Source of the DNA: an uncultured Bdellovibrionales bacterium
GTDB taxonomy: Bacteria > Patescibacteriota > Minisyncoccia > Moranbacterales > DUUL01
DNA: 64,000 nt
NCBI GenBank assembly: GCA_964505305.1
Contig: CAZDHE010000001.1
Location: 95,967-159,966 of the forward strand
Direction of reading: 5' to 3'
The notes below the pieces were generated by a model. That model made no database searches and was not told the origin of the DNA. It saw nothing but the letters and a program-made list of their open reading frames with translations. The translations under genes were made by a program, and so were the position numbers. Shown here piece after piece: positions 37,534-47,029 of this stretch (positions within the stretch are counted from its first letter, which is position 1; every line of letters starts with the position of its first letter).

Positions 37534-38085
37534 GTGAGCTACACCGGAAGAATTTTTATAGGTATCAATCTTGACCAAAAAGCCAAGCAATTTATTTCCA
37601 AAAAAGTTGCCGGAATAAACTGGAAAAACAAGCTCAATCTTCGTTTTGTTGATCCGGAAAACTATCATTTAACTTTGATGTTCCTGGGAGTTTTAAGAGG
37701 AGAAGATATCGCTGATATTTGCTTAAAGCTTAGGGAGGCCTTAAAAAAAACGGAAGTTTTTGATCTTGAATTTGAGGAATTCGTCAAAGCTCCATCCAAA
37801 GAAAATCCCAAGATGATCTGGCTTGCTGGTAAAGAAAGCCAAGAATTGACTGATTTAAAGAATAAAATAGAAAATGCTTTAATAGAATGTAAGACCGACG
37901 CCAAGAAGTTTTCTCCTCATATTACTATCGCCAGAGCCAAGAAAGGAGACTTGTCTGAAGAAGAAATTAATCAAAAAGCTCGCCTGCTTGCTCCGGTGGA
38001 AAGTGTGGAAGTGCTGGAAAGCGTTATGGAGCATGGAAAAAGAAGATATCTTACCTTGGAAACTATACCTTTGAAAGAATTTTAA
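37534..38085 (+). CDS. thpR: RNA 2',3'-cyclic phosphodiesterase (2H family)
   Basis: RIFIGI, HLTLMFLG and PHITIAR (two HxT motifs). Confidence 0.9.
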   Translation: MSYTGRIFIGINLDQKAKQFISKKVAGINWKNKLNLRFVDPENYHLTLMFLGVLRGEDIADICLKLREALKKTEVFDLEFEEFVKAPSKENPKMIWLAGKESQELTDLKNKIENALIECKTDAKKFSPHITIARAKKGDLSEEEINQKARLLAPVESVEVLESVMEHGKRRYLTLETIPLKEF

Positions 38086-38789
38086 TGAAAATTCTCGGTG
38101 TTCAAGTAGATGAATATAGTAAAAATGAAATCCGGCAAAAGGTGGAGGCTTCTTTGAGGGGTGAAGAATTTTTGACAATAGCGACCCTCAATCCGGAAAT
38201 GCTTTTGTTTGCTGAAAAAAATTCTTCTTATGCTAAAATACTAAACAGCTTTGATTTGAAAATAGTTGACGGCTTTGGCTTGCAATTGGCCGGGCTTTTC
38301 AAGTTCCATCGAGAAATCGCTCGTTTTCCCGGATCCGACTTAGCCGGGTTTATTTTAAAAAAATCGCTCAAAGAGAACCGAAGAGTCGCCTTGATAAATA
38401 AAAAAGGCGGTCTTAGCAACAAGAGGGATTTAGAGTCTAAGTTTGGCGCTATTCAAGGAGTGGATGTTTTTGATGTAGAGATGAATTCAAACTACTCGCA
38501 ATTTGCCATGCAGCACCTGTTAAAAACAGAAATTTTACTGGTCGGTCTCGGGGCGCCCGAACAGGAAAAATTTATTCAGGCGGCTAAAGACAAAATCCCC
38601 AATCTCAAACTCGCTATCGGCGTCGGCGGAACTTTGGACTTCTGGAGCGGAAAACAAAAAAGAGCCCCCCGGTGGATGCGAAAAATCGGCTTGGAGTGGC
38701 TCTATAGATTCTGTCGCCAACCCAAAAGATATCGAAGAATATTCAACGCAATAATCATTTTTCCCTTCAAAGTTTTTATAAAAAACTGA
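38085..38789 (+). CDS. WecB/TagA/CpsF family glycosyltransferase (GT26)
   Basis: TLNPE, VDG, VGLGAPEQE, GVGGTLD, RAP, GLEWLYR. Confidence 0.93.
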   Translation: MKILGVQVDEYSKNEIRQKVEASLRGEEFLTIATLNPEMLLFAEKNSSYAKILNSFDLKIVDGFGLQLAGLFKFHREIARFPGSDLAGFILKKSLKENRRVALINKKGGLSNKRDLESKFGAIQGVDVFDVEMNSNYSQFAMQHLLKTEILLVGLGAPEQEKFIQAAKDKIPNLKLAIGVGGTLDFWSGKQKRAPRWMRKIGLEWLYRFCRQPKRYRRIFNAIIIFPFKVFIKN

Positions 38790-38981
38790 TAATGTTCAAA
38801 AATTATTATTCTAAGCCCGGTTTTAAAGCCACGGTTTAAGAGTTTTCTATATTTAAGCCTTTAAAGACTATGCCATAGTGAAGCTGGAGATAGAAACCCT
38901 TGTAAAATAAAAAGCTTAATGAGCGCTAAATTTAGAAGACAAAAGGAGAAAGCTATTTCTTAAAATAAAAGCTGAGTTTTT

Positions 38982-39707
38982 ATGAAACAAAGATTTTGGG
39001 AAATAGATTTTTTAAGAGGAGCGGCTGTTGTGATGATGGTCATTTTTCACTTTGCTTGGTATCTTGATTTTTTTACCGGTCTGGAAATTTCTTTAAAAAG
39101 CTTTTTTTGGGAAATTTTTCGAATTATCACAGTCTCCGCATTTTTGTTTTTGGTTGGGATTTCTCTTTATATAAGCTCCCATAGTAAGGATGGGGTCTTT
39201 CTCAAATTTGCCAAGAGGGGTTTATACATTTTTTCGTTGGGGCTTGGGATTACTTTATTTACCAAGATATTTTTTCCGGACCATTACGTTTTCTTCGGCA
39301 TTTTGCATTTAATCGGAGTTTCCATTTTTTTAGCTTACTTCTTTTTGGATTTTAAATTTATAAACTTATTTTTCGGTTTTGCCTTTTTTGCTCTAGGAGG
39401 GTTGTTGAAAGCGCTCTCTCTTGATATTTCCTGGCTGTATTTCTTGGGGTTTTCTTCAAGCAATATATCTACTTTGGATTTTTATCCAATTATACCCTGG
39501 TTTGGAGTAGTTTTGTGGGGAATATTTGCCGCTAAAATTCTTTACAAAGACAGAGTCAGACAATTCAAACTGCTTGATTTGGGTGACAATTTCTTGATAA
39601 AAAAATTTTGCTTCTTGGGTAGAAATTCTTTGTTGATATATTTCCTTCACCATCCGGTGTTGACATTACTGGTTTACCTTATTCAGTTTTGGCTTAGATC
39701 GGGTTAA
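38982..39707 (+). CDS. DUF1624/heparan-alpha-glucosaminide N-acetyltransferase-like membrane protein
   Basis: RFWEIDFLRG, FGILHLIG, DFYPIIPW, GRNSLLIY..H. Confidence 0.85.
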   Translation: MKQRFWEIDFLRGAAVVMMVIFHFAWYLDFFTGLEISLKSFFWEIFRIITVSAFLFLVGISLYISSHSKDGVFLKFAKRGLYIFSLGLGITLFTKIFFPDHYVFFGILHLIGVSIFLAYFFLDFKFINLFFGFAFFALGGLLKALSLDISWLYFLGFSSSNISTLDFYPIIPWFGVVLWGIFAAKILYKDRVRQFKLLDLGDNFLIKKFCFLGRNSLLIYFLHHPVLTLLVYLIQFWLRSG

Positions 39708-39817
39708 GCAGATTTTCTTTTTACGGGGTTAAAAAAATGTTATGCTTATAGTGAGCTCTAAAAAAGGGATGGGTGAACTTCCAATAGGGAAAGGATATTA
39801 AAATAAAAATAATTTTT

Positions 39818-40228
39818 ATGAAAACTATCAGGGTTTTGATTTTGGAGGATGATTTGAAGGCTTGCCAGGCGATATTGAAGGTTCTGGAGGAGGTGGAGTT
39901 TGAGGCGATAAAAAAGGGGGTTGAACTTTCGGCGCTGGTTTTTCAGGAGCGTGTTTTTGTGGAGGAATTTGTCAACCAAAGGGAGTGGACCGGCGAAGAG
40001 ATTGTTTTTCTGGATCGAGAAGCGGACAAGGGTCAAGCCGGAAATTTTCACGATTTGGACTTTGAGAAATTTGACAAAGACAGAATCATCTCCATCTCTT
40101 CCGTTCCGGATTTCAACGAAGATGCCAGGAAACGGGGAATTAATCGGGTGGTTCAGAAAGATTTTACTAAGATGGATGAGTTTGGGGAAAAGATTGAAAG
40201 GGAGCTGCGGGTCATATTAGGTTTATAA
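39818..40228 (+). CDS. Atypical stand-alone receiver-domain protein
   Basis: LILEDD, IVFLD, ISISS and VQK in receiver-domain order. Confidence 0.65.
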   Translation: MKTIRVLILEDDLKACQAILKVLEEVEFEAIKKGVELSALVFQERVFVEEFVNQREWTGEEIVFLDREADKGQAGNFHDLDFEKFDKDRIISISSVPDFNEDARKRGINRVVQKDFTKMDEFGEKIERELRVILGL

Positions 40229-40264
40229 TACAATCCTTCAATAAGCGCTATTTAACAAAAAAGG

Positions 40265-40603
40265 GTGTGGCAATATAAGAAAATAAACAATAATTAAAAG
40301 GAAGCAATAAAAGAAAAAATAGAAAACATCAATGTTCCCAATGAAGATATGGGAAATTGGATTAACACTCTGTATGAAGCCGGTTTTTCTCAAGAGGAAA
40401 TTGACAAGGCGATGGTGATGCTCAATGATCAGCATGCTGAGCAAAAATAGGAAGTGTACGAGAAAGAAATTGAAAAATTGGCCGGGGATGAGTTCAAAAA
40501 AATTAGAAGGAAGATTAAATTGGAAACCGGGCGCTCGCTGAATTTGCAACAAAGAGAAACCTTGTGGGATTTGGTGAAAACCAAACCAAAACAAAAGAAT
40601 TAA
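40265..40603 (+). pseudogene. Degraded hypothetical gene with two in-frame stops
   Basis: A single frame reads ...KINNN*KEAIKEKIENINVPNEDMGNWINTLYEAGFSQEEIDKAMVMLNDQHAEQK*EVYEKEIEKLAGDEFKK...KN*; TAA at 40295, TAG at 40448. Confidence 0.55.
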
Positions 40604-40620
40604 GAAGATTGTAAGTGTTT

Positions 40621-40759
40621 AAATAATATTATAACTCCCATATTCACATTTCAAAGGTCTCATTGATATTACCATGGTTCCATCTTAGCGTCTCAAAAAG
40701 TTATTGCACTTTTGCTCATTGAAGGGTATTATTTAAGCAATTGGCGCGAATATTTAATT
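40621..40759 (+). repeat. 139-bp direct repeat, copy 1
   Basis: Identical to 42443-42581 except one C/T (40745 versus 42567). Confidence 0.95.
40704..40732 (+). promoter_or_regulatory. Putative sigma70 promoter within repeat copy 1
   Basis: TTGCAC-17 bp-TATTAT. Confidence 0.55.
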
Positions 40760-40777
40760 TATAAATAAAATTAAAAT

Positions 40778-42448
40778 ATGGAAACTAAAAATGAAAAAAG
40801 ATGGAAAAAAATATTAAAATGGCCTATTACCGGAAAAGCTTATTGGTTTATAGGAGTAAAGATTGGATTTTTGCTCGTTTTCTTGTTTTTTCTTATTGCT
40901 GGTTTAGTAGTAGTTTTTCAATTATTAAATGGTAATGAGTTTCCTTCTGGTATGGTGGTTTTTCATCATCACAGGAACTATTTTCTGGAGCCAGTGATAA
41001 GAAATGTGTTTTGGGTTGATTCCACCTTTTCTATCGACAGGGGAAGAATTTGTAATTATCTTGTTTTTCCCAACGCAGTAGGTTTAACTTTTTCGTTTTT
41101 GTTTGTAATGATACCACTCACATTTATTGGATCATTACTGGATATTTTTAAAAGAAAAAAGTTTGTACCATTTGCATTAATTTCCTTCCTTGTTATATCT
41201 GCAGTTTCCTACTATTGCATTATCGAATTTTCCAACTTTCCATTTAGATGCAATCTCATGTTTGACAATGTACATAAGAGTAGTGGAATTTCTGCCAGAA
41301 GCAGCTGCTTAATCAGTGAGTTGAAATCAAGTGAAGAAAACAAAGACCCATCCTACTGTGAAAAAATGACAAATAGTTATAAAGTAGAATGCTATGATTT
41401 AATTTTAGAGAAAATGAATAAAAAGAATTGTCAAGATTTAAGCTTTTGTAATTCATTTCCAAAAGAATACAAGAATAGATTTACTACTTGGAAATATCAA
41501 ACTGATTGCTTGATAAGCTGCGCATTGATAAATAATGATAAATCAATATGCAAAAAACTTGATTCGGAAGAAGAAGTAGAGGGTTGCGAAAACAAAGTGG
41601 ATATTGACAACAAGGTAGAGCCCTATTTGAGCGAAACTGAAAAGCAAAGCGTCGATGAAGATGCATTGGAAAGATATAAAGAGCAATTTGAAACCTGTAT
41701 TTATGTGCATAGTGGTAAATTTGCAGATGAAACAACAGATAAAATAGAAAAAGGCTCAGAGGAATGCCTTCAAGAAAGAAGATTAACACACAATCGAAAT
41801 TGCTACATATTCTTTAAAGACAAGTGTTACTTAGATATAGTAGAAATAAATGGCAATGTTCTTAATTGCAAAAAAATATACAACTCAAATAAAAAGGATG
41901 AATGTTATTACAAAGCATCATTGAGTTTAAATGATTATAAATCTTGCGATAATATCAAAGATAAAAAAATGAGAATGCATTGTAAAGAAGAAATTAAAAA
42001 AGGCGAAAACGAAAAATGGAAAAATTACAAACATAAATCAGGAGTAAGCTTTAAATATCCTGCGAATTGGCATGTTAAGTTTGATCCTGTTGTTAACAGA
42101 ATAATAATAGAATCCGAAAAGAGAAACGGAATTGATTGGACAAGGCCTGGTATGTTGTGTGCTAGTAGAGTGCGCTTTGGAACCAAAGACAATGAGGGGT
42201 TGTCTTTAAATGAATATATTGAAAAATATGAAAAAGATGCAAAAAACATTAAGAGAGTTAAAGTTGACGGAAAAAATGCTATAAGGTTTATACCAAGGCC
42301 AGACTCCTCATACGAAATCTACATCTCACTGGAAGATTCAAAATTGTTTTATCTTGAGTCATCTTTAGAAAAAGGCCATGAAAAACATGAAGAATTGTTT
42401 AATAAAATGATGCAAAGCATTGAAATCAATGAATCACCATTGAAATAA
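40778..42448 (+). CDS. Membrane-anchored Cys-rich repeat protein with a C-terminal PsbP-like domain
   Basis: About 3 TM segments, repeated C-x2-I-x5-K-x2-CY units, WKNYKHKSGVSFKYPANW. Confidence 0.75.
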   Translation: METKNEKRWKKILKWPITGKAYWFIGVKIGFLLVFLFFLIAGLVVVFQLLNGNEFPSGMVVFHHHRNYFLEPVIRNVFWVDSTFSIDRGRICNYLVFPNAVGLTFSFLFVMIPLTFIGSLLDIFKRKKFVPFALISFLVISAVSYYCIIEFSNFPFRCNLMFDNVHKSSGISARSSCLISELKSSEENKDPSYCEKMTNSYKVECYDLILEKMNKKNCQDLSFCNSFPKEYKNRFTTWKYQTDCLISCALINNDKSICKKLDSEEEVEGCENKVDIDNKVEPYLSETEKQSVDEDALERYKEQFETCIYVHSGKFADETTDKIEKGSEECLQERRLTHNRNCYIFFKDKCYLDIVEINGNVLNCKKIYNSNKKDECYYKASLSLNDYKSCDNIKDKKMRMHCKEEIKKGENEKWKNYKHKSGVSFKYPANWHVKFDPVVNRIIIESEKRNGIDWTRPGMLCASRVRFGTKDNEGLSLNEYIEKYEKDAKNIKRVKVDGKNAIRFIPRPDSSYEIYISLEDSKLFYLESSLEKGHEKHEELFNKMMQSIEINESPLK

Positions 42449-42581
42449 TATTATAACTCCCATATTCACATTTCAAAGGTCTCATTGATATTACCATGGT
42501 TCCATCTTAGCGTCTCAAAAAGTTATTGCACTTTTGCTCATTGAAGGGTATTATTTAAGCAATTGGTGCGAATATTTAATT
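42443..42581 (+). repeat. 139-bp direct repeat, copy 2
   Basis: Matches copy 1; overlaps the stop codon of the upstream gene. Confidence 0.95.
42526..42554 (+). promoter_or_regulatory. Putative sigma70 promoter within repeat copy 2
   Basis: TTGCAC-17 bp-TATTAT. Confidence 0.55.
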
Positions 42582-42594
42582 AATAAACACATAA

Positions 42595-44073
42595 ATGAAA
42601 AACAAAAAAATAAATTTCTGGAGAAGTGTATGGAATTGGCTTTTAAAGGGAGGCTACTCTTGGCTTATTGGGGCAAAGATTGGATTGGTTTCTTTTTTTG
42701 TCATTTTACCTGTTTTCTTTTATTGCATTGCCTTTCCGATAGAAGTGCTTGTTACAAACACCCTGGGTTTTGATGTTTCAAATTGTCACATGTTTTTATG
42801 TGTCCCAACTATTTTAGGTGTATTTTTTTTACTTTTTTTTCTTATTCTTGCAGGAGCAATTGTAGGGTCTTTTTTTGATGTCATCAAAAAAGTAAATTTT
42901 TTGACTTCATCCTTTTTCATTTTAATTGGAGTTATTATGGTTTTATACTACTTTGTTGTTAATTTCTCGACACCTCCAAAAAAGTGCGAATTCCTCTTTG
43001 ATTTCTCGCCCGGCTTTCCTAGAAGTGAGTGTTTTTTGAATAATTTGAAGTATAAAGAAAAAAGCAATAGTCTTTCATATTGTGATAAAATCAAAATCAA
43101 ATCTAGTAAATGCGAAGATTTGATTATTAGTAACGTTAATGAGGAGCAATGTCAGGAACTAAATTTTTGTAATCAATTTTCCAACAAGGATGCGTGTTTA
43201 GAAAAATGCATGCTACATAAACAAGAGTTAAAAAATTGCATGATTCATCTTACAGAAAAATCAAGCGAAAAAGTAAAAAATAATATTTCTAAATGCTTAC
43301 ACTCCTCTGAAGTTGAGAAGTTTGAGAAGTGTTATGAACAGAGCAAAGACATTTGTTATTCAAAGTTGGCAAAACAAATATGGAAAATTGAAAATTGCAA
43401 TAAAATTGAAGCCTTAAACAAAAAAGAGGAATGCTACCACGATTTAGCCTATCAAAAAAAGGATATCAATATTTGCCATAAGATTAATAAATCTAGTCTG
43501 AAAAATTCTTGTTATTTATTAGTTGCCAGCAAGAAAAAAAACTCCAAACCTTGTCAAAATATTAACAAGGATCAAACGAAAAAAAAGTGCATAAAAATTG
43601 CGAATAGGGATGATATTGATGCTTGGCAAACTCATGATGTTTTTAAAAAGGGCAACTTAAATCTCTCCCTCGAATTGCCTTTGTTTTGGAAGTTGGTTGA
43701 TAACAAAACAAACAAGGAAATCATACCAAAGGAACAAGTAAATTGTGTTAGCCAAGAAGGTGCGGACGAGACATGTATAGACAAAATCAAGCTAAAATAT
43801 TATGAAAATAGAAACAATCTGAATTTGGAGACATTTTTCCGAAAGAAGTTTGGTTGGAAAAAAGGGACTAATTTCAAAAATGTTAACACAATAAACGTAA
43901 ATGATTATTATATGTCTAATGCTACTTTAATATATCCTCATGATGGAGAAGAGGATCCATCCGTGTGGATAGGCATAGCATCAGGTTATTATAAAATATC
44001 GGGAAACTATTTAGAGAGATACCAAGAAGAAATTTTTGATAAGATTGTTCAAAGCATCGAAATCAGTAAATAA
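42595..44073 (+). CDS. Paralogous membrane-anchored Cys-rich repeat protein with a PsbP-like C-terminus
   Basis: Shares W.IG.KIG, F..P..C...FD, LxFCNxF and F.K..QSIEI with the upstream gene. Confidence 0.75.
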   Translation: MKNKKINFWRSVWNWLLKGGYSWLIGAKIGLVSFFVILPVFFYCIAFPIEVLVTNTLGFDVSNCHMFLCVPTILGVFFLLFFLILAGAIVGSFFDVIKKVNFLTSSFFILIGVIMVLYYFVVNFSTPPKKCEFLFDFSPGFPRSECFLNNLKYKEKSNSLSYCDKIKIKSSKCEDLIISNVNEEQCQELNFCNQFSNKDACLEKCMLHKQELKNCMIHLTEKSSEKVKNNISKCLHSSEVEKFEKCYEQSKDICYSKLAKQIWKIENCNKIEALNKKEECYHDLAYQKKDINICHKINKSSLKNSCYLLVASKKKNSKPCQNINKDQTKKKCIKIANRDDIDAWQTHDVFKKGNLNLSLELPLFWKLVDNKTNKEIIPKEQVNCVSQEGADETCIDKIKLKYYENRNNLNLETFFRKKFGWKKGTNFKNVNTINVNDYYMSNATLIYPHDGEEDPSVWIGIASGYYKISGNYLERYQEEIFDKIVQSIEISK

Positions 44074-44104
44074 CTAGAAAAATAACATTTTAATCAAATT
44101 TTAT

Positions 44105-44494
44105 ATGAACTCACTAATTTTTATTTTTGGGTTTGGCGTGGGGGTGGCTGTGGCTTGGTTTTTTATGCGGGAGGCTATGGAGAGGCACAGGGTGGAGGTG
44201 GATCGGATGGAAAGGGAGAAGCAAGAGCAGGAAGAGGTTGGGAGCGGGCTGGAAGGATTTAACGAGGAAGTCCAGAGGAGGATCGAGGGGCGCAAAGCTA
44301 AAATTATCCATGAGATTCAGCGGGCCGGCGCTGTGCAAAACCAGGAGGTGGCGGATATGCTGGATGTCTCTTCCCGCACTGCATTGCGGTATTTATCGGA
44401 GTTGGAGAAAGAGGGAAAAATTCGGCAAGTGGAAAAACTCGGCCGGAATGTTCGGTATGTGCTGAAAAAGGATGCTCTAAACCCGCCAAACTAG
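44105..44494 (+). CDS. Small membrane-anchored protein with a DeoR-like winged HTH
   Basis: N-terminal TM; NQEVADMLDVSSRTALRYLSELEKEGKI...GRNVRY. Confidence 0.8.
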   Translation: MNSLIFIFGFGVGVAVAWFFMREAMERHRVEVDRMEREKQEQEEVGSGLEGFNEEVQRRIEGRKAKIIHEIQRAGAVQNQEVADMLDVSSRTALRYLSELEKEGKIRQVEKLGRNVRYVLKKDALNPPN

Positions 44495-44510
44495 TGTTTG
44501 TCGGGTTTAA
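44478..44510. repeat. REP-like palindrome, copy 2
   Basis: taaacccgccaaac-tagt-gtttgtcgggttta; related to 27758-27792. Confidence 0.7.
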
Positions 44511-44550
44511 TTTTAAGGCGGGAGGATTAAATATTTAAACTGGACAAACT

Positions 44551-46041
44551 ATGAAAATGCTAACTAAGTCAGATTTTCTGAAGTTTTGGCAGTGTCCGAA
44601 GGCGCTGTGGCTTAGTGTGTATAGAAAAGACTTAAAACCGGAGGTTAGCGAAAACCAACAGGCAATTTTTGAGGCCGGTTATGAAGTGGAGCAGTATGCT
44701 TACCGGTTGTTTCCCAAAGGCGAGAAGGTTTCCGAGGAGGAAAATAGTGATATTGGACACGAGACAAAGAAAACAAGGGAAATGATTGAAAACAAAAAAC
44801 CGGCTCTTTTCCAACCGGTCTTTTCTGTCGGCGGGTTGTTTTGCCGGTGTGATATTTTGGAGTATGACAAAGGCGGAGAGGCTTGGAATATCTATGAAGT
44901 GAAAAGCTCTACCAAGGCGCAAAAAATTCATTATTATGATTTGGCATTCCAGAAAATTTGCTTGGAAGAAGCGGGGTTGAGGGTCGGAGAGTTGAAGGTG
45001 ATTCATATCAATAAAAATTATGTTAAGTATGGCTCAATCGAGCCGGAGAAATTGCTTGAAACCGAGGACGTAACTGAAAAGGTTTTAAAATTGGAGGAGG
45101 AAACAAGAAAAATGATTCAGGAAGCGTTTGAAGTTCTTAACAAAAAGCAAGAACCGAAAATTCCTATTCTTCGCCAGTGCTGCAATCCTTATCCGTGCGA
45201 TTTTGTGGATTATTGTCTGGGAGAAGTTGAGGTTGACTCTATTTATTCCATCGGCAGCGCTTTGGGCGTTAGAAAATTAAAAGAATTGCTGAGCGGGGAG
45301 ATTTTCAAAGTTCAAGATATCCCGGATAAGATGCTTGATAAAAAGAAGCTTTGGCTGCATAAAGAGCTGGTTAAAAACGGCGGTGTTTATAAAGAAAAAG
45401 AAAATATCAAAAAGGAATTAAGCAAATTGGAATACCCGCTTTATTTCTTGGACTATGAAACTTCTGGGCCGGCTATTCCAATGTTTGACGGTTACAAGCC
45501 ATACCAGCGAATAATTTTCCAATATTCTTTGCATATTCAAAGGACGCCGGGCGGGGAATTGGAGCATCATGAATTTCTCTCAAAAGAAGCGAAAGACCCG
45601 GCTTGGGAGCTTTCCCGAAGCTTGCGGGAGAAGATTGGCGAGAAAGGTAGTTTTATTGTTTGGTATGCTCCTTTTGAAAAAGGATGCAATCAAGAAATAG
45701 GGGAGAGATATCCGGAATTCAAGGAGTTTTATCAAAATATCAATAATAGAATATATGATCTGATGGATGTTTTTAAAAATAGCTACTATGCTCATAAGGA
45801 ATTTCGAGCCAGCGCATCTTTGAAAAATGTTTTGCCGGTGATGGCGCCGGAACTTTCCTACAAGGACTTGGATATTCAAGAGGGCGGCACCGCTTCCAAT
45901 CGGTGGGCAAGAATGATACAATCAGACACAAGCGGAGAAGAAAAGGAGAGAATATATCAAGATCTTTTGAAATACTGCGAGCTGGACACCTTGGCAATGG
46001 TGAGGATTTTGGAGGAATTGAGAAAGGAAATTAAAGAGTAA
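44551..46041 (+). CDS. DUF2779-domain protein (PD-(D/E)XK nuclease-like plus RNase H-like domain)
   Basis: LTKSDF..QCPKALWL, CDIL...EVKSST, YFLDYET, FQYSLH, SLKNVLP, YCELDT. Confidence 0.8.
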   Translation: MKMLTKSDFLKFWQCPKALWLSVYRKDLKPEVSENQQAIFEAGYEVEQYAYRLFPKGEKVSEEENSDIGHETKKTREMIENKKPALFQPVFSVGGLFCRCDILEYDKGGEAWNIYEVKSSTKAQKIHYYDLAFQKICLEEAGLRVGELKVIHINKNYVKYGSIEPEKLLETEDVTEKVLKLEEETRKMIQEAFEVLNKKQEPKIPILRQCCNPYPCDFVDYCLGEVEVDSIYSIGSALGVRKLKELLSGEIFKVQDIPDKMLDKKKLWLHKELVKNGGVYKEKENIKKELSKLEYPLYFLDYETSGPAIPMFDGYKPYQRIIFQYSLHIQRTPGGELEHHEFLSKEAKDPAWELSRSLREKIGEKGSFIVWYAPFEKGCNQEIGERYPEFKEFYQNINNRIYDLMDVFKNSYYAHKEFRASASLKNVLPVMAPELSYKDLDIQEGGTASNRWARMIQSDTSGEEKERIYQDLLKYCELDTLAMVRILEELRKEIKE

Positions 46042-46115
46042 AATATGAAAAAACAAGGAAGGTGTCGAGATTTTAAAGCCGGGATGAATGTTTTTATCAT
46101 TAAACGCTTATTATT

Positions 46116-46967
46116 ATGAAAAAAGTTTTAATTGCTGGCGCTAAGGGGATGCTGGGAGGGGAGTTGGTTAAAGTTTTTCAAAGCGATGGTGCGAAGGTTT
46201 TGGCTTGGGATGTTGAGGAATTGGATATAACCAACAGAGAAGAAGTTTTAGAAAAAATTGAAGAAGCAAGTCCGGATATTGTTATCAACGCTGCCGCTTA
46301 TAATGCGGTGGATAAGGCTGAGGAGTCGGCGGAGGAATTTGAAAAAGCTCTTAAAATCAACGCCGAGGGACCCAAGAATTTAGCGATTGCCGCTCAAAAA
46401 ACCGGAGCAACTCTAATTCACTATGTTTCCGATTATGTTTTTAGTGGAAACAAGGAGGGGTATGTGGAAAATGACAAGCCTGATCCAATTTCAAATTATG
46501 GCAAAAGCAAGGCCGCGGGAGGGGCTGAGGTGGAAAAAATCGGCGGTAAGTATTATTTGATTAGGACTTCTAAAATTTTCGGGGATTCGGCTAATCATGA
46601 AGGGGCTAAAAAAAGTTTTTTTGAGATAATGATGAATTTGGCCGAGGAGAGAGATGAAATAAAAGTAATTGATTCAGAGAGGTCTTGCTTCACTTATGCG
46701 CCGGACTTGGCTGAAGCTACCAAAGATTTATTGAAGAAAAAATATGATTATGGGACTTATCACATTGTTAATGAAGGCGCGGTAACTTGGTATGAAGGAG
46801 TTTTGGAGTTGTTTAAAATTGCCGGAATTGAAAATATTAAGGTGAATCCCGTTTCTTCAGAGGAGTTTCCGCGTTTGGCTAAAAGGCCCGCCTCATCAGT
46901 CTTGATTAACACTAAGTTTTCGAAATTAAGACATTATCCGGAAGCGATAAGAGATTGGTTGAAATAG
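46116..46967 (+). CDS. rfbD: dTDP-4-dehydrorhamnose reductase
   Basis: GAKGMLG, NAAAYNAVDKAE, SDYVF, YGKSK, RTS. Confidence 0.9.
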   Translation: MKKVLIAGAKGMLGGELVKVFQSDGAKVLAWDVEELDITNREEVLEKIEEASPDIVINAAAYNAVDKAEESAEEFEKALKINAEGPKNLAIAAQKTGATLIHYVSDYVFSGNKEGYVENDKPDPISNYGKSKAAGGAEVEKIGGKYYLIRTSKIFGDSANHEGAKKSFFEIMMNLAEERDEIKVIDSERSCFTYAPDLAEATKDLLKKKYDYGTYHIVNEGAVTWYEGVLELFKIAGIENIKVNPVSSEEFPRLAKRPASSVLINTKFSKLRHYPEAIRDWLK

Positions 46968-47029
46968 CAGTTCCAGCAAAATTTTAGCGCGAGTATTTTC
47001 GAGCGCTTTTTTACTTATTAATCCGCTTT

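Noticed and set aside
37534-38085. ThpR as a functional partner of the RtcB-like protein
   Set aside because: It is 33 kb away in a housekeeping context and is a common gene; there is no evidence of linkage.
40265-40603. Stop-codon reassignment or readthrough
   Set aside because: The interruptions are two different stops (TAA, TAG), and TGA, TAA and TAG all terminate well-supported genes elsewhere in the window.
40621-42581. Direct repeat as a CRISPR array, integron attC site or IS end
   Set aside because: Two 139-bp copies separated by a whole gene; no cas, integrase or transposase in the window and no clear attC R-box palindrome.
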